NCBI GenBank assembly: GCA_963728205.1
Contig: CAVSIV010000001.1
Coordinates: 640,001 to 704,000, forward strand
Reading direction: 5' to 3'
DNA from: an uncultured Chloroflexia bacterium
Lineage (GTDB): Bacteria > Chloroflexota > Dehalococcoidia > UBA2979
DNA length: 64,000 nucleotides
Part shown: in pieces, positions 8,821 through 19,591 of the stretch
How the letters are laid out: every line of letters begins with the position of its first letter
How positions within the stretch are numbered: position 1 is the stretch's first letter
Position numbers and translations under genes: made by a program
The notes under the pieces: generated by a model
Database searches by the model: none
What the model saw: only the letters and a program-made list of their open reading frames with translations
Told to the model about the DNA's origin: nothing

Positions 8821-10650
8821 GTGACGTCCCTCATCGAGGCGAACACGTTCACCGGGAACCGGGTCGTCTACTACCTCGGCAGGTATCGGAAGCAGTACCT
8901 CCTCGGGTTTGTCGCGCTGCTCGGCGCGAGCGTCGCCGCGCTGCTCCCACCGTTCCTCGTCCGCTACGCCGTGGACGCGATCCGGAACGGCACCACGCGC
9001 GGCTACCTGCTGCGCATCGGCCTGCTCATCCTCGGGCTCGCGATCGTCGAGAGCTTCCTCCGCTACCACGCGCGTCTGCTGGTCTCGGGCAGCTCCCGGC
9101 GCATCGAGTACCACCTGCGCAACGAGATCGCGGTGCAGCTGCTGCGGCTCGACCAGCGCTTCTACCTGCGCTCGCGCACCGGCGACCTGATGTCGCGCGC
9201 GACGAACGACCTGCAGTGGGTCCGCGACTTCATCGGCCCGACGCTGAACGACGTCACCCGCACCATCGTCATGGTGCTGATCGGCCTCGGCGTGCTGCTC
9301 ACGATCGACGTGCGGCTGGCGCTGATCTCGGTCGCGTACCTCCCCCTGGTCGCCGCGCTGGCGATTTACTTCGAGGTCGGCATCGACAAGCGCTTCATGA
9401 AGGTGCAGGAGCAGTTCGGCGTCCTCACCGAGCGCTCGCAGGAGAACATCTCGGGCATCCGCGCGATCAAGGCCTATGCGCAGGAGGAGGCGGAGATCGC
9501 CGCCTTCGGGCGCGAGAACGACACGATGATGCGGCGCGCGATGAGCCTCGCGACGTTCACGTCGGGGCTCTACCCGGTGATGGTCTTCCTGACCGGCGCC
9601 GGCACGATGCTGGTCGTGTGGTTCGGCGGCCACGACGTGGTGAACGGCCGCATCACGGTCGGTCAGTTCGTCCAGTTCAACACGGTGCTGGCGCTACTCG
9701 CGAACCAGCTGACGGCGCTCGGCTGGGTGGCCGCCGCCTGGCAGCAGGGCATCGTGGCCACGCGCCGCATCAACGAGGTGCTGCACGAGGTACCGGCGAT
9801 CGCCAGCCCCGCGCACCCGCACCCGCTCGCGGCGGTCCGCGGCGACGTCGCGTTCGAGCACGTAACCGTGCGCTACGCGGGGCGTCCGATCCTGACCGAC
9901 GTCAACCTCGAGATCCGTGCCGGCACGCGCGTCGCGGTCGTCGGCGGGACCGGCGCGGGCAAGACGACCATCGTCAACCTGCTGGCGCGCCTGGCCGACC
10001 CGGACGAGGGTCGCATCACCGTCGACGGCATCGACGTGCGCGAGCTGCCGCTCGACCAGCTGCGCGCCGCCATCGGCTTCGTGCCACAGGAGTCGTTCCT
10101 CTTCTCCGACTCGCTGCGCGAGAACATCGCGCTCGGACGGCTCGACCCGCCCGAAGACGCCGTGGTCGCGGCGCTCGAGACGTCGCAGCTCGTGAACGAC
10201 CTCGCGCAGCTCGACGATGGGCTGGACACGCTGATCGGCGAGCGCGGCGCGACGCTCTCCGGCGGGCAGAAGCAACGGGCCGCGCTGACGCGCGCGTTGC
10301 TCAAGGACCCGCCGATCCTGGTGCTCGACGACGCGCTGTCGCACGTCGACACGCACACCGAGGAGGAGATCCTCAAGCGGCTCCAGTCGTTCATGCGCGG
10401 ACGCACGACGATCGTGATCGCGCACCGCACCTCGTCGCTGCGCACCGCGGACCGCATCGTCGTGCTCGACGACACGCGCATCGTCGAGCGGGGCACGCAC
10501 GAGGAGCTCGTCGCACACGACGGCGTGTACGCCCGCTTCTTCCGCGAGCAGCGGCGGGCGGAGGCGGCCGAGGCGGAGGTGGACTCCGAGCTCATCGACG
10601 CCCGCCACGACCCGTCGTCGGTGGGCGGCGCCGGCGAAGGGGCGTCCTGA
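8821..10650 (+). CDS. Multidrug-type ABC exporter, TMD+NBD subunit 1
   Basis: TGDLMSRATND, GGTGAGKT, LSGGQKQR, degenerate Walker B LDDA. Confidence 0.9.
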   Translation: MTSLIEANTFTGNRVVYYLGRYRKQYLLGFVALLGASVAALLPPFLVRYAVDAIRNGTTRGYLLRIGLLILGLAIVESFLRYHARLLVSGSSRRIEYHLRNEIAVQLLRLDQRFYLRSRTGDLMSRATNDLQWVRDFIGPTLNDVTRTIVMVLIGLGVLLTIDVRLALISVAYLPLVAALAIYFEVGIDKRFMKVQEQFGVLTERSQENISGIRAIKAYAQEEAEIAAFGRENDTMMRRAMSLATFTSGLYPVMVFLTGAGTMLVVWFGGHDVVNGRITVGQFVQFNTVLALLANQLTALGWVAAAWQQGIVATRRINEVLHEVPAIASPAHPHPLAAVRGDVAFEHVTVRYAGRPILTDVNLEIRAGTRVAVVGGTGAGKTTIVNLLARLADPDEGRITVDGIDVRELPLDQLRAAIGFVPQESFLFSDSLRENIALGRLDPPEDAVVAALETSQLVNDLAQLDDGLDTLIGERGATLSGGQKQRAALTRALLKDPPILVLDDALSHVDTHTEEEILKRLQSFMRGRTTIVIAHRTSSLRTADRIVVLDDTRIVERGTHEELVAHDGVYARFFREQRRAEAAEAEVDSELIDARHDPSSVGGAGEGAS

Positions 10651-12437
10651 TGGGCTTCGGCTATTACGACGAAGAGTCGGCGATCGGGAAGGTCTACGAC
10701 CGCCGGCTGCTGACGCGACTGTGGAAGTACGTCGGGCCGTACTGGGTGCAGGTAGCGTTCGCCGGCTTCTTCATGGTGTGCGTGGCGATCCTCGAGCTGA
10801 TGCCGCAGCTGATCCTGCGCCAGGCGATCGACGGCCAGATCACGCAGGGGCGCACCGACGAGCTCGGGAAGCTCACGCTCATGTTCTTCGCATCGCTCGC
10901 CGGCATCTTCGTGATGCGCTACGGGCAGGCGATGCTGATGGCATATGTCGGTCAGAAGACGATGATGGCGCTGCGGCTCGACCTCTTCTCGCACCTGCAG
11001 CGCATGGCGATCGCGTTCTTCGACCGCAACCCGGTGGGGCGCCTGGTCACGCGCCTGACGAACGACGTGCAGATGCTCGACCAGGTGCTGTCGCAGGGCA
11101 TCGTGCAGATCCTGACGAACCTGCTGATGGTGAGCGCGATCGTCGTGGTGCTGCTCGTGATCGACTGGCGCATGGCGCTGGTCATGTACATCTTCGTGCC
11201 GCTGCTCGTGTACGCGGTGCGGCGGTTCGCGCTCTCGCAGCGCGAGGGCTTTCGCGACCAGCGCGTGTGGCTGGCGCGCGTGAACGCGTACCTCAACGAG
11301 CTCATCACCGGCGTCGCCGTGATCCAGCTTTTCAACCGGCAGGGCGAGAGCGGTCGACGCTTCGACCACCGCAACTCCGGCGTGCTCGACGCCAACCTGC
11401 GCGTGTTGTTCTGGTACGCGGTGTTCGAGCCCACCGTCATCCTCTTCGGCGCGGTCACGACCGGCGTCATCCTCTGGTACGGCGGCGGCCGCGTCGTGCA
11501 GGGCACGCTGACGCTCGGCACGATGGTGCTGTTCATCGGCTACATGAGCCGCTTCTACTGGCCGATCCGCGAGCTCTCGGAGCGCTATACGACGCTGCAG
11601 TCCGCGATGGCGTCGGCGGAGCGCGTGTTCGGGATCATCGATGAGCCCGAGGAGGTGACGGACGTCGCCGACCCGGTCGAGCTCGCGCATGTGCGCGGCA
11701 AGATCGAGTTCCGCAACGTGTGGTTCGCCTACCACGCCGAGAACTGGGTGCTGCGCGACGTCTCGTTCGTGATCGAGCCGGGCGAGAAGGTCGCGATCGT
11801 CGGCGCGACCGGCGCCGGCAAGTCGACGATGATGGCGGTCCTGAATCGCTTCTACGACGTGCAGCGCGGCGAGGTGCTCGTCGACGACGTGCCGATCCGG
11901 CGCTACCGGCAGCGCGACCTGCGCCGCCACGTCGGCCTGATGCTGCAGGACCCGTTCGTCTACACGGACACGATCGCCGAGAACATCCGGCTGCGCGATC
12001 CGTCGATCCCGCTGGAGCGGGTGCGGCTGGCGGCGGAGGCGGTGGGGGCATCGACGTTCATCGCACAGACCCCGGCGGGCTACGAGACGATGCTCGCCGA
12101 GCGCGGCGGGAACCTCTCCACCGGGCAGAAGCAGCTGATCGCGCTGGCGCGCGTCGCGGCCTTCGACCCGGAGATCGTGCTGGTGATGGACGAGGCGACG
12201 GCGAGCATCGATCCCGAGACCGAGGCGATCATCCAGCGCGGCATCCAGCGGGTGACGACGGGTCGCACGACGATCGTGATCGCGCACCGGTTGAACACCA
12301 TCCGGATGGTGAACCGGATCCTCGTGCTGCATCACGGCGAGCTGGTCGAAGAGGGGACGCATGAGACGCTCGTGCGGCGCGACGGCATCTACGCGCGGCT
12401 GTACGAGCTGCAGTACCAGGGGCAGGGGGCCGGGTAG
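10650..12437 (+). CDS. Multidrug-type ABC exporter, TMD+NBD subunit 2 (heterodimer partner)
   Basis: TGATG overlap with the previous gene; GATGAGKS, LSTGQKQL, DEATASID. Confidence 0.9.
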   Translation: MGFGYYDEESAIGKVYDRRLLTRLWKYVGPYWVQVAFAGFFMVCVAILELMPQLILRQAIDGQITQGRTDELGKLTLMFFASLAGIFVMRYGQAMLMAYVGQKTMMALRLDLFSHLQRMAIAFFDRNPVGRLVTRLTNDVQMLDQVLSQGIVQILTNLLMVSAIVVVLLVIDWRMALVMYIFVPLLVYAVRRFALSQREGFRDQRVWLARVNAYLNELITGVAVIQLFNRQGESGRRFDHRNSGVLDANLRVLFWYAVFEPTVILFGAVTTGVILWYGGGRVVQGTLTLGTMVLFIGYMSRFYWPIRELSERYTTLQSAMASAERVFGIIDEPEEVTDVADPVELAHVRGKIEFRNVWFAYHAENWVLRDVSFVIEPGEKVAIVGATGAGKSTMMAVLNRFYDVQRGEVLVDDVPIRRYRQRDLRRHVGLMLQDPFVYTDTIAENIRLRDPSIPLERVRLAAEAVGASTFIAQTPAGYETMLAERGGNLSTGQKQLIALARVAAFDPEIVLVMDEATASIDPETEAIIQRGIQRVTTGRTTIVIAHRLNTIRMVNRILVLHHGELVEEGTHETLVRRDGIYARLYELQYQGQGAG

Positions 12438-12606
12438 CGCGCGCCAGGCCTGCGCGGCGGGGTTAGTCGAGCGGACCCAGCCCCGCCGCGACGCCTGACT
12501 ACTACCGGCACCGTGATCATCGGCACGATCCACGCGGGCGCAGAGGTCAGCGGGACGCGGTGCGTCGGCCATCCGGCGGATCCGCCCCGGGACGGGAGAG
12601 ACGGGC

Positions 12607-13281
12607 ATGGAGTCGAAGCCGGCCGACCGGGTGGGACTGTTCGAGGCGCTGTACTCGACGCGGGCGCTGCGGCGCTTCAAGCCGGACCCGGTGCCCGACG
12701 AGCTGCTGTTCCAGGTGCTGGACGCCGCGATCCGCGCGCCGGCCGGGAGCAACCAGCAGATCTGGCACTTCCTCGTCGTGCGCGACCCGGAGAAGCGGCG
12801 CCAGATCGGCGAGATGTACTGGCAGACGTGGACGAGCTACGGCAAGCAGTATGTCGACGACCCGAGCGCGATCGACCGGCTGCCGCGGCAGATGCGGCTG
12901 GTCGTGCGGTCGACGGACGACCTCGCGCGGCACATCGCGGAGGTGCCGGTGCACCTCTTCGTGTGCGGGCCGCCGCAGGCCGGCGGGACGCTGTACCCGG
13001 CGGTGCAGAACATCCTGCTCGCGTGCCGGGCGCTCGGGCTGGGCAGCGTGATGACGGCGTTCCATCGCGCGCACGAGGCGCGGCTGAACCCGCTGCTCGG
13101 CATCCCCGAGGGGCAGGTCGCGCACGCGCTGCTGCCGATCGGATGGCCGCGCGACCGCATCGGGCCCGTGAGCCGGCGCCCGGTGCGCAAGGTGGCGAGC
13201 CTGGACACGTGGGGCGAGCCGTGGCCGTACGCGGAGTCGCAGCCGGACGACGGGCTGCGCGCGCGCTGGACGGGCGAGTAA
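12607..13281 (+). CDS. Nitroreductase family protein
   Basis: RALRRFKPDPVP, APAGSNQQ.WHFLVV, AVQNILLACRALGLGS. Confidence 0.85.
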   Translation: MESKPADRVGLFEALYSTRALRRFKPDPVPDELLFQVLDAAIRAPAGSNQQIWHFLVVRDPEKRRQIGEMYWQTWTSYGKQYVDDPSAIDRLPRQMRLVVRSTDDLARHIAEVPVHLFVCGPPQAGGTLYPAVQNILLACRALGLGSVMTAFHRAHEARLNPLLGIPEGQVAHALLPIGWPRDRIGPVSRRPVRKVASLDTWGEPWPYAESQPDDGLRARWTGE

Positions 13282-13308
13282 GTCGCGCGGCGGAATCCGA
13301 AGCCGCGC

Positions 13309-13414
13309 GTCAAGCGGCGGCAGCATGCCGCCGACGCGCCGCGTCTCGTGAGCACCCACGCCGGCGGCGGCGGAGGCCGCCTCCCGCATCGGCGGCATGC
13401 TGCCGCCGCTTGAC
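13309..13414. repeat. REP-like inverted repeat, family 1 (between convergent genes)
   Basis: GTCAAGCGGCGGCAGCATGCCGCCGA ... TCGGCGGCATGCTGCCGCCGCTTGAC. Confidence 0.7.
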
Positions 13415-13430
13415 CGGGGCGCTGGCGGCG

Positions 13431-14235
13431 CTACGTGCCGGTGAAGTTCGGCGCACGCTTCTCCACGAAGCTCATGCGCGACTCGCGCACGTCGTTCGGC
13501 GCCTTCCGCGCGTAGTTGAGACCGTTGTACTCCTCGCGCAGCGCCGTCCTGAGGTCGTTCTGGAGGTTGCGCTGGATGACGCGCTTCGCGCTGCGCACGG
13601 CCATCGGCGGCCAGACCGCCATCTGCTCCGCGAATGCCATCGCCTCGTCGATGAGCGACTCGGCACCGACGAGCCGGTCGAGCAGCCCGATGCGGTAGGC
13701 CTCCTCGGCGGCGACGTCGCGGCTCGTCGTGATCAGGTCGACGGCACGCGAGTAGCCGACGATGCGGGGCAGGAAGAAGCTCATGCCGGAGTCGGGCGAG
13801 AGGCTGCGCTCGAGGAAGACGGTCTTGAAGCGTGCGGCTTCGGAGCCGACGCGGACGTCGCAGGCGAGCGCAAGGCTCATCCCGGCGCCCGCGGCCACGC
13901 CGTTCACCGCGGCGATGGTCGGCTTCGACATCTCGTAGAGCGAGAATCGCCTGGCGGCCGACCCAGCCGTACTCCTCGAGGCGATCGAGCTGCGGCGGCG
14001 GGGCGTCGTTCGCGGAGGGCGGGCGACCGCCGGTGAGGTCGGCGCCGGCGCAGAACCCGCGGCCGGCGCCGGTGAAGACGGCGACGCGCACGCCGTCGTC
14101 TGCCTCGATCTCGGCGCACACCGCGACCTGCTCGTCCTGCAGGCCCTTGTTCAGCGCGTTCAGCTTCTCCGGGCGATTCAACGTGACCAGCGCCACGCGG
14201 CCGCGTCGCTCCAGCGTCAGAAAGTCGTATCCCAC
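13431..14235 (-). CDS. Enoyl-CoA hydratase/isomerase (one extra base near 13945, probably a sequencing error)
   Basis: TLNRPEKLNAL..TGAGRGFCAGAD in one frame and KPTIAAVNGVAAGAG..LACD in another. Removing one T from GATTC (to GATC) gives a continuous ...QAISLYEMSKP. Confidence 0.85.
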
Positions 14236-14371
14236 CGGTGCCCTCCGCTCCAGTGATCGCGGCTCGTCGCGATCGCGCGACAGCATACGCAGCGTCGCAA
14301 CGGGCGCGGGGCCGAGGCGCGGGCGGCGGCCCCAGCGTGCGCGCTACACTTCCGCCGCAAGGAGGTCTCGT

Positions 14372-15640
14372 ATGCCCCCGTCGCTCTCCCTCCTCGTGCA
14401 GCGCCTCGTCCAGCCCGTCGCCATCCGCGTCATCCTGCTACGCGAGCGGCTGCGCACCGGCGTCGTCTTCAACCCGCTCGACGGCGCCTACCACCAGGAC
14501 CCGACGCCGGCCTACGCGCTGCTGCGCGAGCGCGACCCCGTCCACCGCAGCGACCTGATCAAGGGTTGGGTGCTCTCGCGCTACGAGGACATCGACGTGA
14601 TCCTGCGCGACCATCGCCGGTTCTCGAACGACGCGCGCAAGGCGTCGGGGAACACGATGGACGCGGCGGTGATGCAGCTGCAGGAACCGAGCATGCTGTT
14701 CCTCGACCCGCCCGACCACACGCGGCTGCGGTCGCTGGTCGCGCGCGCCTTCACGCGCAGCGCGATCGAGGCGTGGCGCGGTCGCGTCGAGGCGACGGTG
14801 GATCAGCTGCTCGACGAGATCGGCGACGCGCGCGAGTTCGACCTGATGGAGACGTTCGCGAACCGCCTGCCGACGCTCGTGATCGCGGAGATGCTCGGCG
14901 TGCCGGCGGTGGACTACGCGAAGTTTCGGGAGTGGTCGGACGCCGTGTCGCGGACGCTCGAGCCGACGATCACGCCGAAGCAGCTGGAGGAGGCGATCGC
15001 GACCGAGCAGGAGCTGCGCCGCTACTTCGACGGCATCGTCGAGGACCGCCGCCGCGAGCCCCGCGAGGACCTGGTGAGCGTGCTGGTCGCGGCCGAGGAG
15101 GGCGGCGAGAAGCTGACCCACGACGAGCTGCTCACGATGCTGATCCTGCTGCTCGTCGCCGGCAACGAGACGACGAGCAACCTCATCGGCAACGGCGCGC
15201 TCGCGCTGCTCCGCCACCCCGATCAGCTCGCGTGGCTGCGCGCGCACCCGGACGCGATCGACGCCTCGATCGAGGAGCTGCTGCGGTACGACGGCCCCGT
15301 GCAGACCGACGGCCGCACGGTGCTCGAGGACATGGAGATCGGCGGCAAGCCCGTGAAGGCGGGCGAGCAGGTCATCCTGCTGCTCGGCTCGGCGAACCGC
15401 GACCCTCGGCAGTACCCGGACCCCGACCGGCTCGACCTCTCGCGGGGCGACAAGAGCCACCTCGGGTTCGGCCGCGGGATCCACTCGTGCGTCGGCGCGC
15501 CGCTCGCGCGGCTCGAGGCGCAGGTCGCGTTCCAGCGCCTGTTCCAGCGCTTCCCCGACATGCGGCTGGCGGACGCGAAGCCCGAGTTCAAGGACCACAT
15601 CGTGCTGCGCGGGCTGCGACGCCTGCCGGTGCGGGTGTGA
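14372..15640 (+). CDS. Cytochrome P450
   Basis: DPPDHTRLR, AGNETT, EELLR, FGRGIHSCVG heme motif; AAGGAGG RBS. Confidence 0.95.
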   Translation: MPPSLSLLVQRLVQPVAIRVILLRERLRTGVVFNPLDGAYHQDPTPAYALLRERDPVHRSDLIKGWVLSRYEDIDVILRDHRRFSNDARKASGNTMDAAVMQLQEPSMLFLDPPDHTRLRSLVARAFTRSAIEAWRGRVEATVDQLLDEIGDAREFDLMETFANRLPTLVIAEMLGVPAVDYAKFREWSDAVSRTLEPTITPKQLEEAIATEQELRRYFDGIVEDRRREPREDLVSVLVAAEEGGEKLTHDELLTMLILLLVAGNETTSNLIGNGALALLRHPDQLAWLRAHPDAIDASIEELLRYDGPVQTDGRTVLEDMEIGGKPVKAGEQVILLLGSANRDPRQYPDPDRLDLSRGDKSHLGFGRGIHSCVGAPLARLEAQVAFQRLFQRFPDMRLADAKPEFKDHIVLRGLRRLPVRV

Positions 15641-15653
15641 CGGTCGCGCCGGC

Positions 15654-16958
15654 GTGAACTCACCGCTCCGCGCGCGCGGCCCACGGCGGGACCGCGTGGC
15701 CGCGCGGCTGCTTCGCTATCCGCGGGTGCTGCGGACCATCGTGTCCGGGCTGATGCTGAAGGAGCGGGTGCAGAGCGGCGTCGCGTACAACCCGCTCGAC
15801 CGCCGCTACCACCAGGATCCGTACCCCACCTATCGCCGGCTGCGCGACCGCGATCCCGTGCACCGCAGCGCCCTTGGGCCGATGTGGGTGCTCACGCGCT
15901 ACCGCGACGTCGACGCGGTCCTGCGCGACCACGGGCGCTACGCGAACAACCCGACCCTCGCGCGCGGCCAGATGACGCCGGGCGACCTGCAGGGCGTGCG
16001 CTACCCGAACCTGCTCGTGACGGACCCGCCGGATCACACCCGCCTGCGCACGCTCGTCGCCCCGGCGTTCACGCGCAGCGCGATCGAGGCGTGGCGGCCG
16101 CGCATCGAGCGTGCCGTCGACGAGCTGCTCGACGCCGCGGCGGCGGAGCCGGCGTTCGACCTCATGGAGGCGTTCGCGAACCCGCTGCCGGTCGTGGTGA
16201 TCGCGGAGATGCTGGGCGTGCCGCGCGAGGACTTCCGGCGGTTCAAGCGCTGGTCGGACGCGACCGCGCGGCTGATCGAGTTCACGGCGTCGCGCGAGGA
16301 TGCCGACCGCGCGTACACCGCGCGCGATGCGCTCCGCGGCTACCTCGACGGGATCGTCGAGGAGCGGGTGCGCGAGCCGCGCGAGGATCTGATCAGCGTG
16401 CTGGCCGCGGCGCAGGAGTCGGGCGACCGGCTCTCGCGCACGGAGCTGCTCTCGATGCTGACACTGCTGCTGATCGCGGGCAACGAGACGACGTCGAACC
16501 TGATCGGGAACGGGACGCTCGCGTTGCTGCGCGATCCGGAGCAGGCGGCGTGGCTGCGCGCGTACCCCGAGCGGGTGGACGACGCGGTCGAGGAGCTGGT
16601 GCGCTTCGACAGCCCGGTGCAGGCCGACCGGCGCGTCGCGAAGACGGATCTCGAGATCGACGGCCGGCGCGTGCGCCGGGGCGAGCAGGTCGTGCTGCTG
16701 CTGGGCGCGGCGAATCGCGACCCCGAGCAGTTCCCCGGCGCCGAGCGGCTGGACCTCGCGCGGGGCGACAAGAGCCACGTGGGGTTCGGGCGGGGGATCC
16801 ACCATTGTCTCGGCGCGCCCCTGGCACGGCTCGAGGCGCAGCTGGCATTCCCGCGGCTGCTCGAGCGCTTCCCGGCGTTGCGGCTCGCGGAGCAGGAGCC
16901 GCGGTTCAAGGATCACATCGTGCTGCGCGGGCTGGAGCGCCTGCCCGTGCGGCACTGA
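15654..16958 (+). CDS. Cytochrome P450 (tandem paralog)
   Basis: AGNETT, EELVR, FGRGIHHCLG. Confidence 0.95.
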   Translation: MNSPLRARGPRRDRVAARLLRYPRVLRTIVSGLMLKERVQSGVAYNPLDRRYHQDPYPTYRRLRDRDPVHRSALGPMWVLTRYRDVDAVLRDHGRYANNPTLARGQMTPGDLQGVRYPNLLVTDPPDHTRLRTLVAPAFTRSAIEAWRPRIERAVDELLDAAAAEPAFDLMEAFANPLPVVVIAEMLGVPREDFRRFKRWSDATARLIEFTASREDADRAYTARDALRGYLDGIVEERVREPREDLISVLAAAQESGDRLSRTELLSMLTLLLIAGNETTSNLIGNGTLALLRDPEQAAWLRAYPERVDDAVEELVRFDSPVQADRRVAKTDLEIDGRRVRRGEQVVLLLGAANRDPEQFPGAERLDLARGDKSHVGFGRGIHHCLGAPLARLEAQLAFPRLLERFPALRLAEQEPRFKDHIVLRGLERLPVRH

Positions 16959-16980
16959 CGGACGGGCGAGGAGGACGCCG

Positions 16981-17202
16981 ATGTGCCGCTCCATCAAGCA
17001 GCTGCGCCTGCGCGACGAGGTCGCGGGCGACGACGAGATCGAGGCCGCCGCGCGCCAGTTCGTGCGCAAGATCAGCGGCTACCGCACCCCTGCGTCCGCG
17101 AACGCGGAGGCGTTCGAGGCGGCCGTGCGTGAGATCGCCTCGACGTCGCGCGGCCTGCTGGCCGCGCTGGCGGCGAACCACCCGGCGGCGCGGGCGCGGT
17201 AG
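16981..17202 (+). CDS. DUF2277-like small protein
   Basis: MCRSIKQL...EIEAAARQFVRKISG..PASANAEAF; GAGGAGG RBS. Confidence 0.8.
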   Translation: MCRSIKQLRLRDEVAGDDEIEAAARQFVRKISGYRTPASANAEAFEAAVREIASTSRGLLAALAANHPAARAR

Positions 17203-17226
17203 GTGTCTGGCCCCCGGGGGCCGCGG

Positions 17227-17252
17227 CAAGCGGCGGCAGACACGCCGCCGAT
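17227..17252. repeat. REP-like family 1, single arm
   Basis: CAAGCGGCGGCAGACACGCCGCCGAT. Confidence 0.45.
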
Positions 17253-17306
17253 GTCGGCCGCCGCGGCAGCGGCTGCATCGCCGCGGGGATCCGCGAGCGC
17301 CGACCT

Positions 17307-17801
17307 GTGAGCACCGAGGTGGTCGCCCTCGGCGCCTGGTGCGATCTGGACTTTCCGGACGAGCGCGTGGCCGCCGCCGGCCGGATGCCCCAGGGGCACC
17401 GGCCGGCCGGCTGGGCGCCCGCTCCGCTCGGAGCGCGAGGTGCCTCCCCGGGTGGTGCCCACTTCCGCGTGCACGAGTTCGCGGTGCTGGCCGACGGCCG
17501 TCGGGTGACCATCCGCGACGACCTCGGCTTCTCGTCGTACCGCGCCTCGGGAGTCACACGGAGCGTGGACCCGTGGGAGGGCATGACGCGGGAGCGGGTG
17601 GCGCACGACGTTCGCAACGTTGTGCTCCCCGATGACGACGAGTCCGGCGATGCGCACCCGTACGAGTGGTTGCGTGAGCTGCTGCGGCGGCAAGGGATCG
17701 AGACGTCCGCGGAGCGGCTCCAATCGGTGCCGTACAGCGTCGAGTTCAGCGACCGGCTTGAGCGCCGCCTCCGGGGTGAGCGCCCGTCCCACGGGCGGTA
17801 G
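17307..17801 (+). CDS. Hypothetical protein
   Basis: Plausible composition (FAVLADGRRVTIRDDLGF...NVVLPDDD..HPYEWL); no family recognised. Confidence 0.55.
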   Translation: MSTEVVALGAWCDLDFPDERVAAAGRMPQGHRPAGWAPAPLGARGASPGGAHFRVHEFAVLADGRRVTIRDDLGFSSYRASGVTRSVDPWEGMTRERVAHDVRNVVLPDDDESGDAHPYEWLRELLRRQGIETSAERLQSVPYSVEFSDRLERRLRGERPSHGR

Positions 17802-17979
17802 GTCGGACCCCGCGTTCGGCGGTGGGCCACCTGGGCATGCGAGCCGGCTCGGCGGTCGGCGGGCTTCCTCGTCGCCGTGGCTGGTGCCGCCGTTCGGGTC
17901 GCGGACCTCGCACTGGTGACGAGAGGCGGTCGCCACGCACGGCCCGACATCGCACGGGCCGATGGGGGGAGGCGCCGCC

Positions 17980-19182
17980 TCACGGGATCACGCCGCCGTC
18001 CTTGAGCGCGATGATGCGGTCCCAGTCGTAGCCGAGGTCGAGCAGCACCTCCTCCGTGTGCTGCCCGAGTTCCGGCGCGCCGGACCGCACGGACCACGGC
18101 GTGCCCTGGAAGTCGCTGGGCGTGGCCACCATCTTCGCGGGGGGCTCGCCCTCGGCCCCCGGCACGTCGACCCACGCGCCGGCCCTCGCCGCGATCGGGT
18201 CCGCCGTGAGCTCCTCGAGCGTCTGCACCGGCGCCCACCACACGTTGTGCGCGTCGAACACCGGCCCCCACTCGCCGAGCGAGCGCGCGCCGAGCACCTC
18301 GTCGATCAGGGCCACGAGGTCCGCCGCGTTCACCGCTCGCAGCATGAGGCTCACGAATCGCGGGTCCTGCATCCACTCCTCGTGGTCGATCGCGCGGCAG
18401 AAGTCCGGCCAGTGGCGGTCGCCCTCGAGCATCAGCAGCCAGATCCAGCGGCCGCCCTTCACGCGGTAGCAGTTGATGAGCGGGTTGATGAAGTTGCCGC
18501 GCTGCTGCGGCTGGGGCGCGACGCCGGTGCGCAGCGCCGTGTTCAGGTCCCAGCCCAGCTGGTAGACGGCCGAGCGGATGAGCGACGTCGTGACGAACTG
18601 GCCTTCGCCGGTGCGCTCGCGCGCGTAGAGCGCCGCGCAGATCGCGCCGGCGGCGTTCGCACCGGTGAGGTGGTCGCCCATCCCGCCGCGCTGCATCGGC
18701 AGCTCGTCGGTGCTGGAGCGCAGGATCGACGCCACGCCGCCGCGCGCCCAGTACGCGCCGACATCGAACGCCGCGCGGTTCGCGTCCTCGTGCCCCAGCC
18801 CGTAGGCCGACACGTGCGCATAGACGAGACGCGGGTTCGCCGCGCGGAGGCTGTCGTAGTCGAGCCCGAGGCGCTGCACGCCGCCGGGCCGGGTGTTCGT
18901 GACGAAGACGTCGGCGCGCGCCACGAGCGCGTGCGCGATCTCGCGACCGGCGTCGGACGCGAGGTCGACGGCGAGGCTGCGCTTCCCGCGGTTGTCGAGC
19001 TCGAACGGCGGCGGCATCGCCCCGACCCCGAACATCGCGCCGAGGCCGCGGAACGGGTCGCCCGTCAGCGGCTCGACCTTCACGACGTCGGCTCCCCAGT
19101 CGGCGAGGATCCCGGCAGCCGACGGCCCCGCGACCCACACGCCGAGCTCGACGACCTGCACCCCTGCGAGCGGTCCGCTCAT
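17980..19182 (-). CDS. CaiB/BaiF family III CoA-transferase
   Basis: GPLAGVQVVEL..WVAGP, ADVVKVEP..GDP, NRGKRS, APELGQHTEEVL. Confidence 0.9.
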   Translation of the reverse strand: MSGPLAGVQVVELGVWVAGPSAAGILADWGADVVKVEPLTGDPFRGLGAMFGVGAMPPPFELDNRGKRSLAVDLASDAGREIAHALVARADVFVTNTRPGGVQRLGLDYDSLRAANPRLVYAHVSAYGLGHEDANRAAFDVGAYWARGGVASILRSSTDELPMQRGGMGDHLTGANAAGAICAALYARERTGEGQFVTTSLIRSAVYQLGWDLNTALRTGVAPQPQQRGNFINPLINCYRVKGGRWIWLLMLEGDRHWPDFCRAIDHEEWMQDPRFVSLMLRAVNAADLVALIDEVLGARSLGEWGPVFDAHNVWWAPVQTLEELTADPIAARAGAWVDVPGAEGEPPAKMVATPSDFQGTPWSVRSGAPELGQHTEEVLLDLGYDWDRIIALKDGGVIP

Positions 19183-19183
19183 C

Positions 19184-19591
19184 TCACGCGCCCGTCTCCA
19201 GGAACTCCACCCAGTTGCCGTCCGGGTCCTCGACCATCGCGATGCGCACGCCCGGCCGAATCTCGCGCGGCTCGATCGTGACGGCGTAGCCGGCAGCACG
19301 CACCTCCTCGACCAGCGCGTCGAGGTTGCTCACGGAGATCGTCCAGTAGCGGTAGCCGGTCGCGGCCTGGATGCCGCCGGTGGCCGCCTGCGCCGGCGGC
19401 TGCTGCGCGGGGACGACGACCTTGATCAGGCTCGTGCCGCAGAGCAGCCGGTGCATCACGCCGCCGGCGCCGGCGGGCATCTGGCCCTGGTACTGGAAGC
19501 CGAGCGTGTCGCGGTAGAAGCGCAGCGCGGCTTCGCCGTCCTGCACGACGATCCCGAGGTCGATCGAGTCCTTGGTCAGTGCGATGGGCAT
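19184..19591 (-). CDS. VOC/glyoxalase family protein
   Basis: FYRDTLG, DPDGNWVEF. Confidence 0.85.
   Translation of the reverse strand: MPIALTKDSIDLGIVVQDGEAALRFYRDTLGFQYQGQMPAGAGGVMHRLLCGTSLIKVVVPAQQPPAQAATGGIQAATGYRYWTISVSNLDALVEEVRAAGYAVTIEPREIRPGVRIAMVEDPDGNWVEFLETGA

Noticed and set aside
8757-12752. Very long overlapping ORFs (1226 aa +, 959 aa -) and similar Arg/Ala-rich ORFs throughout
   Set aside because: Shadow frames caused by high GC; the true genes start at internal codons and carry recognisable motifs.
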